This document shows positions 47,912 through 58,292 of a stretch of 64,000 bases of DNA, piece by piece. The position numbers were made by a program, and so were the translations under genes. Under the pieces are notes generated by a model. The model had not been told where the DNA came from. It ran no database searches and worked only from the letters and a program-made list of their open reading frames with translations. Position 1 is the first letter of the stretch. The number at the start of each line of letters is the position of its first letter. This DNA is from Candidatus Wolframiiraptor gerlachensis (lineage in GTDB: Archaea > Thermoproteota > Nitrososphaeria_A > Caldarchaeales > Wolframiiraptoraceae): positions 35,803 through 99,802 of the forward strand of contig JAJPCT020000023.1 in NCBI GenBank assembly GCA_021323375.2, read 5' to 3'.

Positions 47912-50900
47912 TTAGCCTTCCTCCCCTCCTCCCTCAATTTTAGCTTCACCGGCTTCCTTCGACCCGGATCCATCCGCGATGCCCGGATAGCTCATCAGGA
48001 GGGAGACTATTCCTGTTCCAACCTTGACCTCCTTCCCGACTATTATCCTCTCAACATTTCCCCTGAGCCTATCAACCTCGCCTCTAACCGCGGCGTCTAT
48101 CAGCGTCTGGACGCTTATCTCGAATGCCGCCCTCTCGATCGGGCTCTCCTTCAACCTGACGACACCATGTCTCCCGATCTGCTTGACAGCGCCGCTTATC
48201 GTCATCATGTCCGCCACTATCATCAGGTGGCGTATGTCCACGTCGAGCCCCTGCTCATCTAGCACGTGCTTCAGCTCCCTGACTATCGCCGCCCTCGCCG
48301 CCTCTATCCCAAGGACCGAAGCTATCTCCCTTATATTATTCGTCCAGACCCTTCTATAATCAACTCCCGGGACCTGCATAACCTTCTTCAGGTTCGATCC
48401 CTCCGTCAGGATCACGTATTCCCCGTCCTCATATCTCACGATCGCCTTCGTTATCCTCTCTATACCCTTGACCTTGAGCGACATGAGCCTTGACTTCAGC
48501 CGCTCAAGATCCTTCTCCTTCTCATCTGCATAGACTGTTATCGTCTTCTCAGATCTCTCGAACTTGAGCTTCAGCGATTTCAGTACCTGATCTATGTCCT
48601 TCATGGTTACACCCTCATCCCTCATGGCCGCCTCATCGAGGACTATTACCACAGCGTTTCTCCGGAGATCTAGGCCGACGTCCGAGGCTATCTCCTCGAG
48701 ATAAGTGCACTTGATCTGCTTCGCTATCCGCTGAGCCTCCTTGAGATCCTGTGCGATCTCCTTGATAAGCGGTATCCTCATCATCGGGGTTGATGGCGTC
48801 CTCCTAGCATCAACTATCTCTATCAGCCTCGGGAGCCCTCTCAGGATTGATGCCTCATGAACTCCCGCGAAGTGGAATGTTCTCAGGGTGAGCTGTGTGC
48901 TCGGCTCGCCTATAGACTGAGCCGTAACTATCCCTATGGCCTCTCCCGGCTCTATCCTATTCCTCAGATACTCCCTGTATGCCTCCTTGAAGAGGAGCTC
49001 AGCATCGCCCGCGGATATGCGCCGCTCTTGGACCGCCTTCATGAGCATCTCAATCACCTTTGGGGGAAGCTTGCCCTCATATTGCCTTGCGAGCTCATTA
49101 AGCTCTAATTCGGATGCTGGTGTGCTCGATGCGGAGATCTTCAGCCTGTTGACTAGGATATCCACGTTCACCGCCTCGCCGTGATAACTCTTCATCGGGT
49201 CTACTCCATCCTCTCCATATAGGAACTGGACTATCCTCCCATCATCCATGCTCCTTACGCTTCCATCATACTCGACGTAAAGCGCCTCGAGTGCGTTTAT
49301 GAGCCTCCTCTGCATATATCCGCTCTGCTGCGTCCTCACCGCCGTGTCCACGAGCCCATCTCTCCCACCCGCCATGTGGAAGAAGAATTCTATCGGGTCG
49401 AGTCCCTTCGCGAATGAGGCGTAGACGAATCCCCTAGCCCTCGGCGAGACATCTCCCGGCTTGAAGAATGTTAGAACCCTATCCGTGAATCCCCTCTTGA
49501 TCCTCTCCCTTCTAACAGCCTGCTGTCCGACGACCGCGACCATCTGGTCTATGTTTAGCGGGGAGCCCCTGGCGCCTGTTCTCGCCATTATCACCGCCGA
49601 GCTATCCCTCGAGATATACTTCCTCGCGACCTTGCCAGCCTCCTCCCTAGTCTCAGAGACGAGCTGCAGGATGTTGGACTCAAAAGCCTGCTCCGGGGTC
49701 TCTCCAGGCCTAACCTCTATCTTTCCCCTCTCATAATCGGCCTTAAGCTTCTCGAAGAGTTTATTCATCTTATCGAAGATCTTCTCAAGCTCATCATGGG
49801 CTTCCCTTGGTATCTCGAGGTCATCTATGCCGAAGCTGAATCCCCTGAGATTGAGGTAGGTGTTGAGGAGCTTGACGAGCTTGTCCATGAACTCCCTCGT
49901 CGCGTCGGGGCCATACTCGACCATCATCCTATGGAGTATGCTGTTGGCCTTCTCGACCCCTATCGCGTTCTTATCTATTACTCCCTTGATGAGCCTACCG
50001 TTCTCTATCACGACCTCTATCTCGGGTGAGAAGGCCGCCTTGAACCTGTGATTGAAGCCCTTCGGAAGGAGTAGGCTGAAGAGCTGCTTACCACTCCACT
50101 TTGGCTCCGGCTCCTTTATCTCCGGCTCCGGTAGCCCACCATCATACCCTATCGCTGCTAGGAGATATGACATTTCCTTCCTCGTCAGATACGTATCGTC
50201 GCGGGTGAGGAGGTACGCGGCCGTGAGGAAGTCCCTTATCGCCCCGATTATCGGTGCTCCATAACGCGGGGATAGAACATTATTCTGGACTAGGAGGAGT
50301 ATTCTAGCCTCCGTCTGAGCTTCCTCGCTCTGCGGGACGTGGAGGTTCATCTCATCCCCATCGAAATCGGCATTGTATGGCGTGCAGACGCAGAGGTTGA
50401 GCCTGAAGGTCTTGTATGGGAGGACCTTGACCACGTGGGCCATGATGGATATCCTATGGAGACTCGGCTGCCTGTTGAAGAGGACTATATCGCCATCCAT
50501 CAGATGCCTCTCGACGATGAAACCTGGCGCAAGGGCATTCGCCACCTCCTCCAAGTCTTGGACGTATGAGAGCCTGATCCTCCTGCCATCAGGCCTTATC
50601 ACATATTTTGCTCCAGGATATTTGTTCGGCCCATTCCTCACAAGCTGCCTAAGCCTTTCGATGTTCCACTCCGTAACCTTCTCGGGCACCGTCAGCTGCA
50701 TTGCTATCTCGAGCGGAACCCCTACCTCATTTATGCTGAGATTCGGGTCCGGTGATATAACCGTCCTGGCTGAGAAGTCCACCCTCTTCCCGCTTAGGTT
50801 TAGTCTGAACCTCCCCTCCTTGCCCTTCAGCCTCTGAACTAGGGTCTTAAGCGGTCTACCACTCCTATGCGTCGCCGGAGCTATCCCCGGAGCCTCATTA

Positions 50901-51745
50901 TTGATATATGTCGTCACGTGGTATTGGAGTAGGTCGGCGAGCTCCGCTATGACTGGCGACGGCGAGCCCGCGTTAATATTCTCCCTAAGCCTCTGAACAA
51001 CCCTGAGTATGTCGACGAGCTTGTGTGTTAGGTCGTCCTCGGACCTGAATCCAGACTCAAGCGTTATCGAGGGCCTCACATAGACCGGCGGCACCGGGAG
51101 CACTGTTAGAACCATCCACTCAGGCCTAGCCACCTCAGGGTCGAAACCCAATAGCTTCAGATCATCATCCCTAATCCTCTCGAGCCTCGCCCTCACCATC
51201 TGGGGCGTTAATCTCCTCCTCTCAGAGTTGACAACCTCTATAAATGTTACAGGCTTCTCGAGCTCAATCCTATACTGCTTCTCATCGCAGTATGGGCATG
51301 TCTGGCTTGCTATCGCCCTCTGCGCCACCTTATAGTAGAACTCGTCCGGGACCTTGCCGAGCTTCTTCAGCTCCTCAAGCTCCTCCCAGAGTTTCCTGAT
51401 CTCATCCTCCGGTATCTTAAGCCTTCCACAAGACCTGCATGTTGTTCTTAGGAGGAGGTGGATATGTTTCACGAAGCCTACGTGAATTACTGGCACCGGT
51501 AGCTCTATGTGGCCGAAGTGGCCGGGGCATCCGAGATAAGTATTCCCACATGTCTTGCATCTTTGGCCCGGCTCGAGGGTCCCAAGCCTCGGATCCATAA
51601 CTCCCGTTGGGATCGGCATTCCATCCTCGTCATAGGTGTCGGGGTTGGAGATCTCAGCGACCGACATCTTCCTTATCATCTCTGGGCTCAGTATGCCGAA
51701 CTTCACGCCGACAAGTGTCTCGAGCGATGCCGCCATCCTCATCAC
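47912..51745 (-). CDS. rpoA: DNA-directed RNA polymerase largest subunit, unsplit A'+A''
   Basis: CPGHFGHI, YNADFDGDEMN, then A'' motifs AQSIGEPSTQLTLRTFH and DIRH.M.VAD.MT in the same ORF. Confidence 0.98.
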   Translation of the reverse strand: MMRMAASLETLVGVKFGILSPEMIRKMSVAEISNPDTYDEDGMPIPTGVMDPRLGTLEPGQRCKTCGNTYLGCPGHFGHIELPVPVIHVGFVKHIHLLLRTTCRSCGRLKIPEDEIRKLWEELEELKKLGKVPDEFYYKVAQRAIASQTCPYCDEKQYRIELEKPVTFIEVVNSERRRLTPQMVRARLERIRDDDLKLLGFDPEVARPEWMVLTVLPVPPVYVRPSITLESGFRSEDDLTHKLVDILRVVQRLRENINAGSPSPVIAELADLLQYHVTTYINNEAPGIAPATHRSGRPLKTLVQRLKGKEGRFRLNLSGKRVDFSARTVISPDPNLSINEVGVPLEIAMQLTVPEKVTEWNIERLRQLVRNGPNKYPGAKYVIRPDGRRIRLSYVQDLEEVANALAPGFIVERHLMDGDIVLFNRQPSLHRISIMAHVVKVLPYKTFRLNLCVCTPYNADFDGDEMNLHVPQSEEAQTEARILLLVQNNVLSPRYGAPIIGAIRDFLTAAYLLTRDDTYLTRKEMSYLLAAIGYDGGLPEPEIKEPEPKWSGKQLFSLLLPKGFNHRFKAAFSPEIEVVIENGRLIKGVIDKNAIGVEKANSILHRMMVEYGPDATREFMDKLVKLLNTYLNLRGFSFGIDDLEIPREAHDELEKIFDKMNKLFEKLKADYERGKIEVRPGETPEQAFESNILQLVSETREEAGKVARKYISRDSSAVIMARTGARGSPLNIDQMVAVVGQQAVRRERIKRGFTDRVLTFFKPGDVSPRARGFVYASFAKGLDPIEFFFHMAGGRDGLVDTAVRTQQSGYMQRRLINALEALYVEYDGSVRSMDDGRIVQFLYGEDGVDPMKSYHGEAVNVDILVNRLKISASSTPASELELNELARQYEGKLPPKVIEMLMKAVQERRISAGDAELLFKEAYREYLRNRIEPGEAIGIVTAQSIGEPSTQLTLRTFHFAGVHEASILRGLPRLIEIVDARRTPSTPMMRIPLIKEIAQDLKEAQRIAKQIKCTYLEEIASDVGLDLRRNAVVIVLDEAAMRDEGVTMKDIDQVLKSLKLKFERSEKTITVYADEKEKDLERLKSRLMSLKVKGIERITKAIVRYEDGEYVILTEGSNLKKVMQVPGVDYRRVWTNNIREIASVLGIEAARAAIVRELKHVLDEQGLDVDIRHLMIVADMMTISGAVKQIGRHGVVRLKESPIERAAFEISVQTLIDAAVRGEVDRLRGNVERIIVGKEVKVGTGIVSLLMSYPGIADGSGSKEAGEAKIEGGGEEG

Positions 51746-54700
51746 ACCTCCTCCCCGAATAGGAGCTTGGGATAGATGCCCATGCTCATCATCTCCTCTA
51801 AGAGCAGGTAGAACGCGTATGGCAATGTTACGACCGCGATGTCAGCATCCTTACCATGGATCGGGCATATAAACCTCTCCTGCTTTAGGTCGTAGTAGGC
51901 CGGGAGGCCGCATGCCTTGCAGAAGTATGCTGTGTATTTGTCACTTTGCTCGAGCAGCCTGTCGAGTAGGAGGAAGCTTGCTCCATGTGCTATCAGGCAG
52001 TCTCTCTCCATCTCACCGAACTTGAGTCCTCCTCCCCTGCTCCTGCCCTCTGTCGGCTGCCTGGTTAGCATCTGAACGCGGCCCCTAGCCCTCGCATGGA
52101 TCTTATCCCTGACGAGATGGTGGAGCTTCTGATAGTAAACGACCCCAATGAATATCTCGGCCTCATACCTCTTCCCGGTCAAACCATCATACATTATCTC
52201 CTTGCCGGAGCTCTTGAAACCGAGCGCCTCGAGCTCTCTCCTGAGCTCCTCTATCGGCTTTCCCATGAACGGCGTCCCATCTATGAATTCACCCTTTAAT
52301 GCTCCGACTTTTCCAGCTATGCTCTCTAAGAGCTGGCCCACGGTCATCCTGCTCGGGAATGCATGGGGGTTGATTATCAGGTCCGGCACCACTCCGCTCG
52401 CCGTGTAGGGCATATCCTCCTGAGACAGAACCATTCCCACGACTCCCTTCTGGCCGTGTCTCGAGGCGAACTTGTCACCTATCTCCGCGACGCAGAAGGA
52501 CCTAACCTTCGCCTTAATCAGCTTATTACCCTCCTCGTTCTTAGTTATGAAGATCGTGTCAACGACGCCGGCCTCCGACGGCCTGACTATCTCCGAGGCG
52601 TCTCTCCAGACGAGCTCCCTAGCCGGCGCGCGCTGATACTCCTCTAAGAATCTAGGCGGGCTTTGGACCCCGACTATCACCGTGCCCCCCGTTACATCTG
52701 CCTCAATATGGGCTAGGCCATCGGCGTCTAGAACCCTGTAGGCGTGCTCTCCCCTATATCCTCTCACGGTTGGCTCGGGGATCCTGATAACATCCTTCTC
52801 GCCTCCTATGTATGTTCTAGCCTCCACCTCATAGACCCTGTAGCTTAGGGAGAGAGCTAGCCCTCTCTCGACCGCTGACTTGTTGAGGACGACGGCGTCC
52901 TCCATGTTGTATCCCTGGCCAGTCAGGATCGCGACCACCATGTTCTGTCCTATCGGCCTAGTATACATGTCAAGGAGATCCATGGCCTTTGTGATTACTA
53001 TGGGCTTCTGGGGGTAGACGAGGATATGTGATCTCGAGTCAACCCTCAAGTGGTGGTTTATTGCGTAGATTCCGAGGGCCTGCTTGCCCATAGCACCCTC
53101 ATAGATGTTTCTCGGCGACTGGTTGTGCTCGGCGTATGGGATTATCGCCACAACCGCCCCGAGCATTGTGTATGGGCATATCTCGATGTGGGTGTGCTCC
53201 TCGTTTAGGTCCTCAGGCTTGAGCGCGACAAGCGCGTTCTCCTCCTCTTCAGCGTCCAGGAACTCTATCACGCCCATCGAGACCAGGTCTCTGAACCTGA
53301 GTGTTCCCTCCCTCAGCCCCTTGATATGCTCGGCTGTGAGTAGCGGCCTGCCATTTTCGACAACTATTAGGGGTCTCCTTACGCGGCCCTCATCCGTGTT
53401 TATCCAGACCTCTGTTACATGCGGATACTCATATAGAGCGACGTTCACGAGGTGGCTTATCTCGCCCCTCCGCCTCAGCTCCCTCATGGTTTTCACGAGC
53501 TTCGCGCCGTCTGCATGGTAGCCTATCAGGAGGCCGTCCACGAAGACCTTCGTCGGGTAAGTCTTCTTCCTAGTTATCGCCTCGGATAATGGGATCACGC
53601 CGAGGGAGTAGAGCTTCTCGAGGAGCTCACGCTTCCTCACGGGATGCGTTATCTCAGCCATTAGGGCGAGGTTCTTGACGAGACCACAATTGCTCCCCTC
53701 AGGCGTCTCGGCCGGGCATATCCTCCCCCAGTGGGTCCCATGCAGGTCTCTTGCCTCGAAGTGCGGCTGGCTTCTGCTTAGGGGCGACTGGACCCTTCTC
53801 AAGTGGCTTATGGTCGCCAGGTGATTCGTCCTATTCAATAGCTGTGTTACTCCAACCCTCCCGCCGGGCCAGTTCCCGGTGGCTAGAGCGTGCTTCACGA
53901 AGTCCGTGATTATCCCCGGCCTAACGAATGTCGAGATCTTTATCGGGTATCTGGAGGCCGCGGCCCTCTCAATCTGGTATCTAATGTCTCGGAGAAGCTT
54001 CATGAAGGCCATTCTATAGAGCTCCATTAGGAGTGGGCCGGCTAGCTTGAGCCTCTTATTGGCGTAGTGGTCCCGGTCTGTGGGCTTCCTGATCCCGATG
54101 CTCGTCTCCAGAAGCCTCCCAATCATCTCGCAGAGGAAGATTGCCTTCTGATATCTCGCGGCCTTATTCGTGCCGATATGCGGCAGGAGGACATTGTCTA
54201 TGAGCTGCTCCGCCCGCTGTATCCTATACTCCTCCGCATAGCCGAATGCTATCCTATTCCCAATATATCTGAGGGCCTCCTGCTCCGTGTCTATGCCCGC
54301 CGCCTCCTCGAATGATGGTTGGAGGAGCTCTCGAACCTCATCCAGCCTAGAGACCATGTTGAGGATCTCGCGGTCATTCGTCATGCCAAGAGCCCTGAGC
54401 ATTATTATGGCTGGAATCCCCTTGTAGATCCTAGAGAAGAAGACCTTGACCGGGCCGCCCGGCTTATATGTCACCTCGGTCCTCGCCTGTCTTCCATAAG
54501 CAACCGATATCACGATCGCGCTCAGCTGCCCACTATCAGTCTCCCTCTCCGTGACCAGTATCCTGTTTGGAGCAAGATCCTCTATCGCGACTATAACGCG
54601 CTCTGAGCCGTTTATTATGAAGTATCCTCCGGGATCCTTCGGATCCTCCCCGATCTCCATCAGCTCCTCATCGCTCATCTTCGAGAGCGGGCAGATCTCG

Positions 54701-55095
54701 GACTTCACCATTATCGGGACTATTCCAACCTTGACCTTCTCCGGCTTCGGAATGACGGGCTTGCCATCCAGATAGAGCATCATCTCGACATAGAGCGGCG
54801 CGGCATAGGTGAGGTTCCGGAGCCTACACTCCATCGGGGTTACATTCTCCCTAATAGTCCCATCAACCTCCTCGAAGACCGGCTTGCCGACCTCCGGGTT
54901 CCTCATCTTGAGGACGAGCGTGCCATATTTTGTCTGGATCTCCAAGTCTCCCAGAGACTTTATCAGCTCATTTAAGCCCTCCTTAATGAACCAATTATAT
55001 GATCTTAGATGGTGCTGCACTAAGCCCTCATCCTCTAGGTATGCGCGGATCACGCTCCATAGATCTTCTTGGGTGAATTCAACCTGCTTAAGCAT
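51742..55095 (-). CDS. rpoB: DNA-directed RNA polymerase subunit B (unsplit)
   Basis: GGYFIINGSE, ETPEG, GDKFASRHGQKG, GGLKFGEMERD. Confidence 0.98.
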   Translation of the reverse strand: MLKQVEFTQEDLWSVIRAYLEDEGLVQHHLRSYNWFIKEGLNELIKSLGDLEIQTKYGTLVLKMRNPEVGKPVFEEVDGTIRENVTPMECRLRNLTYAAPLYVEMMLYLDGKPVIPKPEKVKVGIVPIMVKSEICPLSKMSDEELMEIGEDPKDPGGYFIINGSERVIVAIEDLAPNRILVTERETDSGQLSAIVISVAYGRQARTEVTYKPGGPVKVFFSRIYKGIPAIIMLRALGMTNDREILNMVSRLDEVRELLQPSFEEAAGIDTEQEALRYIGNRIAFGYAEEYRIQRAEQLIDNVLLPHIGTNKAARYQKAIFLCEMIGRLLETSIGIRKPTDRDHYANKRLKLAGPLLMELYRMAFMKLLRDIRYQIERAAASRYPIKISTFVRPGIITDFVKHALATGNWPGGRVGVTQLLNRTNHLATISHLRRVQSPLSRSQPHFEARDLHGTHWGRICPAETPEGSNCGLVKNLALMAEITHPVRKRELLEKLYSLGVIPLSEAITRKKTYPTKVFVDGLLIGYHADGAKLVKTMRELRRRGEISHLVNVALYEYPHVTEVWINTDEGRVRRPLIVVENGRPLLTAEHIKGLREGTLRFRDLVSMGVIEFLDAEEEENALVALKPEDLNEEHTHIEICPYTMLGAVVAIIPYAEHNQSPRNIYEGAMGKQALGIYAINHHLRVDSRSHILVYPQKPIVITKAMDLLDMYTRPIGQNMVVAILTGQGYNMEDAVVLNKSAVERGLALSLSYRVYEVEARTYIGGEKDVIRIPEPTVRGYRGEHAYRVLDADGLAHIEADVTGGTVIVGVQSPPRFLEEYQRAPARELVWRDASEIVRPSEAGVVDTIFITKNEEGNKLIKAKVRSFCVAEIGDKFASRHGQKGVVGMVLSQEDMPYTASGVVPDLIINPHAFPSRMTVGQLLESIAGKVGALKGEFIDGTPFMGKPIEELRRELEALGFKSSGKEIMYDGLTGKRYEAEIFIGVVYYQKLHHLVRDKIHARARGRVQMLTRQPTEGRSRGGGLKFGEMERDCLIAHGASFLLLDRLLEQSDKYTAYFCKACGLPAYYDLKQERFICPIHGKDADIAVVTLPYAFYLLLEEMMSMGIYPKLLFGEEV

Positions 55096-55203
55096 CCAAC
55101 ATCCCCCCTAGCCCCATTCTCTTCTCCATAAATATTACACTCGAGGCTATCACTTTCCCAATCCCCCTCCTCCACCCCCTAGCTTTAACTCTTTCCATGA
55201 GCC

Positions 55204-55476
55204 TTACTCCTCTGCCGGAACAACATGCCTGTAATAAACCGCTTTACCTGCTGTCGGCGAGTCCCTTATAATCTCGATTATATCGCCAGGCTTGGCACCG
55301 AGAAGCTTGACAACAGGATCGGAGGCCAGTATACTCGGAAGCTGATGAGGCTTAACACCATATTTTCTCAGGACCTGCTCAGCCTCCTCCGGAGACAATA
55401 TCCTATGCTTGGGGACTAGAAAGTGATCCAAGATTGAGGGCTCCTCTGAGGGAGGGGATTCCTTCTTCTTAGACAT
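55204..55476 (-). CDS. rpoH: RNA polymerase subunit H (Rpo5)
   Basis: H.LVPKH, QLP.I...[15 protein letters not shown]...YYR; start MSKKK at 55476. Confidence 0.96.
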   Translation of the reverse strand: MSKKKESPPSEEPSILDHFLVPKHRILSPEEAEQVLRKYGVKPHQLPSILASDPVVKLLGAKPGDIIEIIRDSPTAGKAVYYRHVVPAEE

Positions 55477-55618
55477 CTTTCCGCGGGAAGACTCTCTAGG
55501 AGACAAGACATAAACCATACTCCGCCGCCGCCTAATAAGTGTAAGTCCAGCTATAGGGGGCTCGAGTCGTAATCCCGCGAAAAGGATAGAAGACCATCAT
55601 TTCCATGATGAATATGTT

Positions 55619-56845
55619 GTGAAGGTTAGCAGGAGGATTGTGACGATAAATCGTGAAAGATGCGTTAAATGCGGCTTCTGTGAAAGTGTTAGCATATGTC
55701 ATGGTGGAGGGAAGTGTATCGGCTGCCTAGCCTGCTACTATGCATGTCCCTATGAGGCTAGGGTTCTGAGGCTTGAGGAGGTCGAATGCGGGCTGATTAA
55801 GATAACTGTTGATGGTGTTGAGTATGCTGTCCCTGAGGGCTTTAGTGTTAAGGAGGCCTTAGAGGCTATTGGCATCAAGTTCGTGGAGCCGGGGTCGAAG
55901 GGCTTAACCGCTCCATGCGGCCTTGGGGGATGCTGGGCGTGCGCAGTCCTGATAGATGGCGGCCTCGAGAGAGCTTGCATAACCCCTGTTAAATATGGTA
56001 TGAGGGTTGAGCTTGATGTGGAGGGTGTGGAGCCGCTGAGGATTGTTCATGGCCCCCAGCCGCATAGAATCGGTGGAAAGGCTACACCATGGTGGGAGGT
56101 TGATGGGGTGAGATATGTTGAGGCGGCAATCTGGCTCGCGGGCTGCAACCTAAGATGCCCCCAATGCCAGAATTATCACGTGACATATGATAATTCGAGT
56201 AGGCCGATGACGCCGCTTGAGGCCGCTAGAAGATTGACTGTGTGCAGGAAGGTCTATGGCACATCCGGCCTCGCGGTGAGTGGCGGGGAGCCGACACTTA
56301 ACAGGAGATGGCTAATAGAATTCTTCAGGTGTCTCAGGAACATGAATCCGGGGGCGCGGCTCCACCTAGATAGTAATGGGACGATACTGACGAGGAGTTA
56401 TGTTGATGAGCTGGTTGAGGCGGGGTGCAATAATATCGGGATCGAGCCTAAGGCTATCAGGCTGGAGACCTACATGGGGATAACTGGGATAAGAGATGAG
56501 GAGCTCGCGAAGAGATATCTTGAGAACTCGTGGAACATCCTCGAGTATGTTGTTTCAAGCTACTCAGATAGGGTCTATGTTGGGGCTGGCTTCGCGTATA
56601 ACCCGGCATGGATGTCTCTCGAGGAGGTTGCGGAGATAGGTGATAGAATCGCGTCAATAGATCCAAGGCTTCAGGTGACCGTGCTCGACTATTTCCCCAT
56701 ATTTAGGAGGAGGGATATCAGAAGACCCGCCGTGAGCATGATGCTCGAGGTGAAGAGGGTGCTTGAGGAGAGGGGCCTGAGGACCGTCATAGTCCAGACG
56801 AGCGTGGGGCATTTCGGGCCCGGGGGGCGCGCCACCCCCTACTAG
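55619..56845 (+). CDS. Radical SAM protein (PFL-activase-like) fused to N-terminal 4Fe-4S dicluster and 2Fe-2S ferredoxin-like domains
   Basis: CVKCGFC...CIGCLACYYACP; C..GGCWAC...RAC; GCNLRCPQCQN; SGGEPT; DSNG. Confidence 0.85.
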   Translation: MKVSRRIVTINRERCVKCGFCESVSICHGGGKCIGCLACYYACPYEARVLRLEEVECGLIKITVDGVEYAVPEGFSVKEALEAIGIKFVEPGSKGLTAPCGLGGCWACAVLIDGGLERACITPVKYGMRVELDVEGVEPLRIVHGPQPHRIGGKATPWWEVDGVRYVEAAIWLAGCNLRCPQCQNYHVTYDNSSRPMTPLEAARRLTVCRKVYGTSGLAVSGGEPTLNRRWLIEFFRCLRNMNPGARLHLDSNGTILTRSYVDELVEAGCNNIGIEPKAIRLETYMGITGIRDEELAKRYLENSWNILEYVVSSYSDRVYVGAGFAYNPAWMSLEEVAEIGDRIASIDPRLQVTVLDYFPIFRRRDIRRPAVSMMLEVKRVLEERGLRTVIVQTSVGHFGPGGRATPY

Positions 56846-56902
56846 CGGGTGTATTTTTGGCCATAAACCATTAATCCCATAATAGCATCTATCTCTCCCC
56901 GG

Positions 56903-58135
56903 ATGGAGCAGGGGGGTTGGAGAGGCATCTACAGGGAGATTGCCAAGATGGTTCCCCGAGGGGGTAGGATAAGCAGGGAGCTGGTGGAAGAGGTTGCCGA
57001 GAAGCTTGATGAGATGAAGAGGCTATTCGTCAGAGAGGCTGCTGGAAGCGAGCTCGCCAAAGTCCATGAGTGGTGTAGAATGTTGAGGGAAGCCTCGGAG
57101 AGCATTAAGGGGAGGCTTGGATTATCAGAGATAATATTCCCGAGGGAGCTCAGGAGCTTTCTAGAGGATCCGGAAGCGCACCTGAGAAAGAAGCTCTTCA
57201 TCTACGCCATGGATCTCGCTAGGAAGAGGATTGGTGTCAGGTCGTTTGAGGAGAGGGCTCAGCGTGCAGTCCAAACCTCGCTACAAACCAATCTTAGGAG
57301 CATATACCAATCATGGGTTTTTCTCGTGATGCTTGAGGAGCTGGCTCTCGATGGCGGCCACCTAATCTACCCGGAGCATGGGTGCTTGAGCTTGGAGCGG
57401 AGTGGGAGGCAGAGGCTGGCATCAATACCGCCGAATGCGATAATAGAAACAGGACACGGCGTTTTGAGCTTCTTCCTAGAAGCGCCGAGGCCGATAGCAT
57501 GGGAGGATACTAGAGATCTGAAGAGGGCTTGGAAGCTCTACAAGGCGATGAGGCCCGACATACTAGTCTATGGCGGGAGGATCATGAATATACTGGATGA
57601 GGGGAGTGATCCTCCAATAAGGAGGCCGGACGTGATAATAGAGTGCAAGGAGCTTGAGGATTGGCATAAGAGGGTTCGGGAGCTGAAGAGGGGTGATAGG
57701 CCCCTCTCCGCCGAGGAATGGAGGTGGATGTGGCTTCAGGGGCTCTGGAGGGGGCTTGGGAGAGAGCTTGGAGCGAGGATAAGGCCCGAGGAGATCCAGC
57801 TTGATCAAGATGAGAGGATACGATTAAAGGAGCCTGAGCTCGTGAAGATGTACATGAGGCTATATAAGCCGAGGGAGATGCTGCTGATAACTAGATGCGA
57901 GACCCCGGGGGACGTGAAAAGGGACTTGGAGCTTGAGGGGATAATGGTCATAGATGATGTGCAGTTCGATCGGGCAAGACTTAAGGATGCCTCGAGGATG
58001 TTGCTAAGCTACGCGGAGCCGGCGGAGGACATCATTATACTGAGGGGGGAGCTAGTGAGGCTTATCAGGGCGAAGTCAAGACTCCATAGAAAGAGCCCCG
58101 AGAAGCTAATATGGGAGGCCATCACAGCCCTCTAA
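56903..58135 (+). CDS. Hypothetical protein with PD-(D/E)XK nuclease-like motif
   Basis: RPDILVY...RPDVIIECKE. Confidence 0.55.
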   Translation: MEQGGWRGIYREIAKMVPRGGRISRELVEEVAEKLDEMKRLFVREAAGSELAKVHEWCRMLREASESIKGRLGLSEIIFPRELRSFLEDPEAHLRKKLFIYAMDLARKRIGVRSFEERAQRAVQTSLQTNLRSIYQSWVFLVMLEELALDGGHLIYPEHGCLSLERSGRQRLASIPPNAIIETGHGVLSFFLEAPRPIAWEDTRDLKRAWKLYKAMRPDILVYGGRIMNILDEGSDPPIRRPDVIIECKELEDWHKRVRELKRGDRPLSAEEWRWMWLQGLWRGLGRELGARIRPEEIQLDQDERIRLKEPELVKMYMRLYKPREMLLITRCETPGDVKRDLELEGIMVIDDVQFDRARLKDASRMLLSYAEPAEDIIILRGELVRLIRAKSRLHRKSPEKLIWEAITAL

Positions 58136-58149
58136 ACAATTGACGAGAC

Positions 58150-58210
58150 GACTCATCCCTTTCAAGCATCATCATCAAGGTCAGAAGCCGGACTCAAATC
58201 ATCGTCACGA
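58150..58210 (-). ncRNA. Candidate C/D box sRNA
   Basis: Minus strand: box C-like GTGACGATGA, 14-nt guide, D' CTGA, C' TGATGA, 12-15-nt guide, D-like ATGA; about 60 nt, intergenic. Confidence 0.55.
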
Positions 58211-58260
58211 GAGAAACCAACATGCCCCTATTTCTAGATAAGCCTCATAAAGCATCTTTG

Positions 58261-58292
58261 CGGGCCCGGCGGGCTTTGAACCCGCGACCCCC
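58261..58292 (-). repeat. Isolated tRNA 3' half (variable loop, T-arm, acceptor strand); probable att site
   Basis: GGGGGTC-GCGGG-TTCAAAG-CCCGC-CGGGCCC-G, same orientation as and near-identical to the 3' end of tRNA-Lys 1.9 kb away. Confidence 0.75.

Noticed and set aside
10869-55111. Numerous 60-210 aa antisense ORFs overlapping aro, pyr, trp, ppsA and rpo genes
   Set aside because: Expected shadow ORFs of GC-rich coding sequence (Ser/Ile/Pro-rich translations) with no independent evidence
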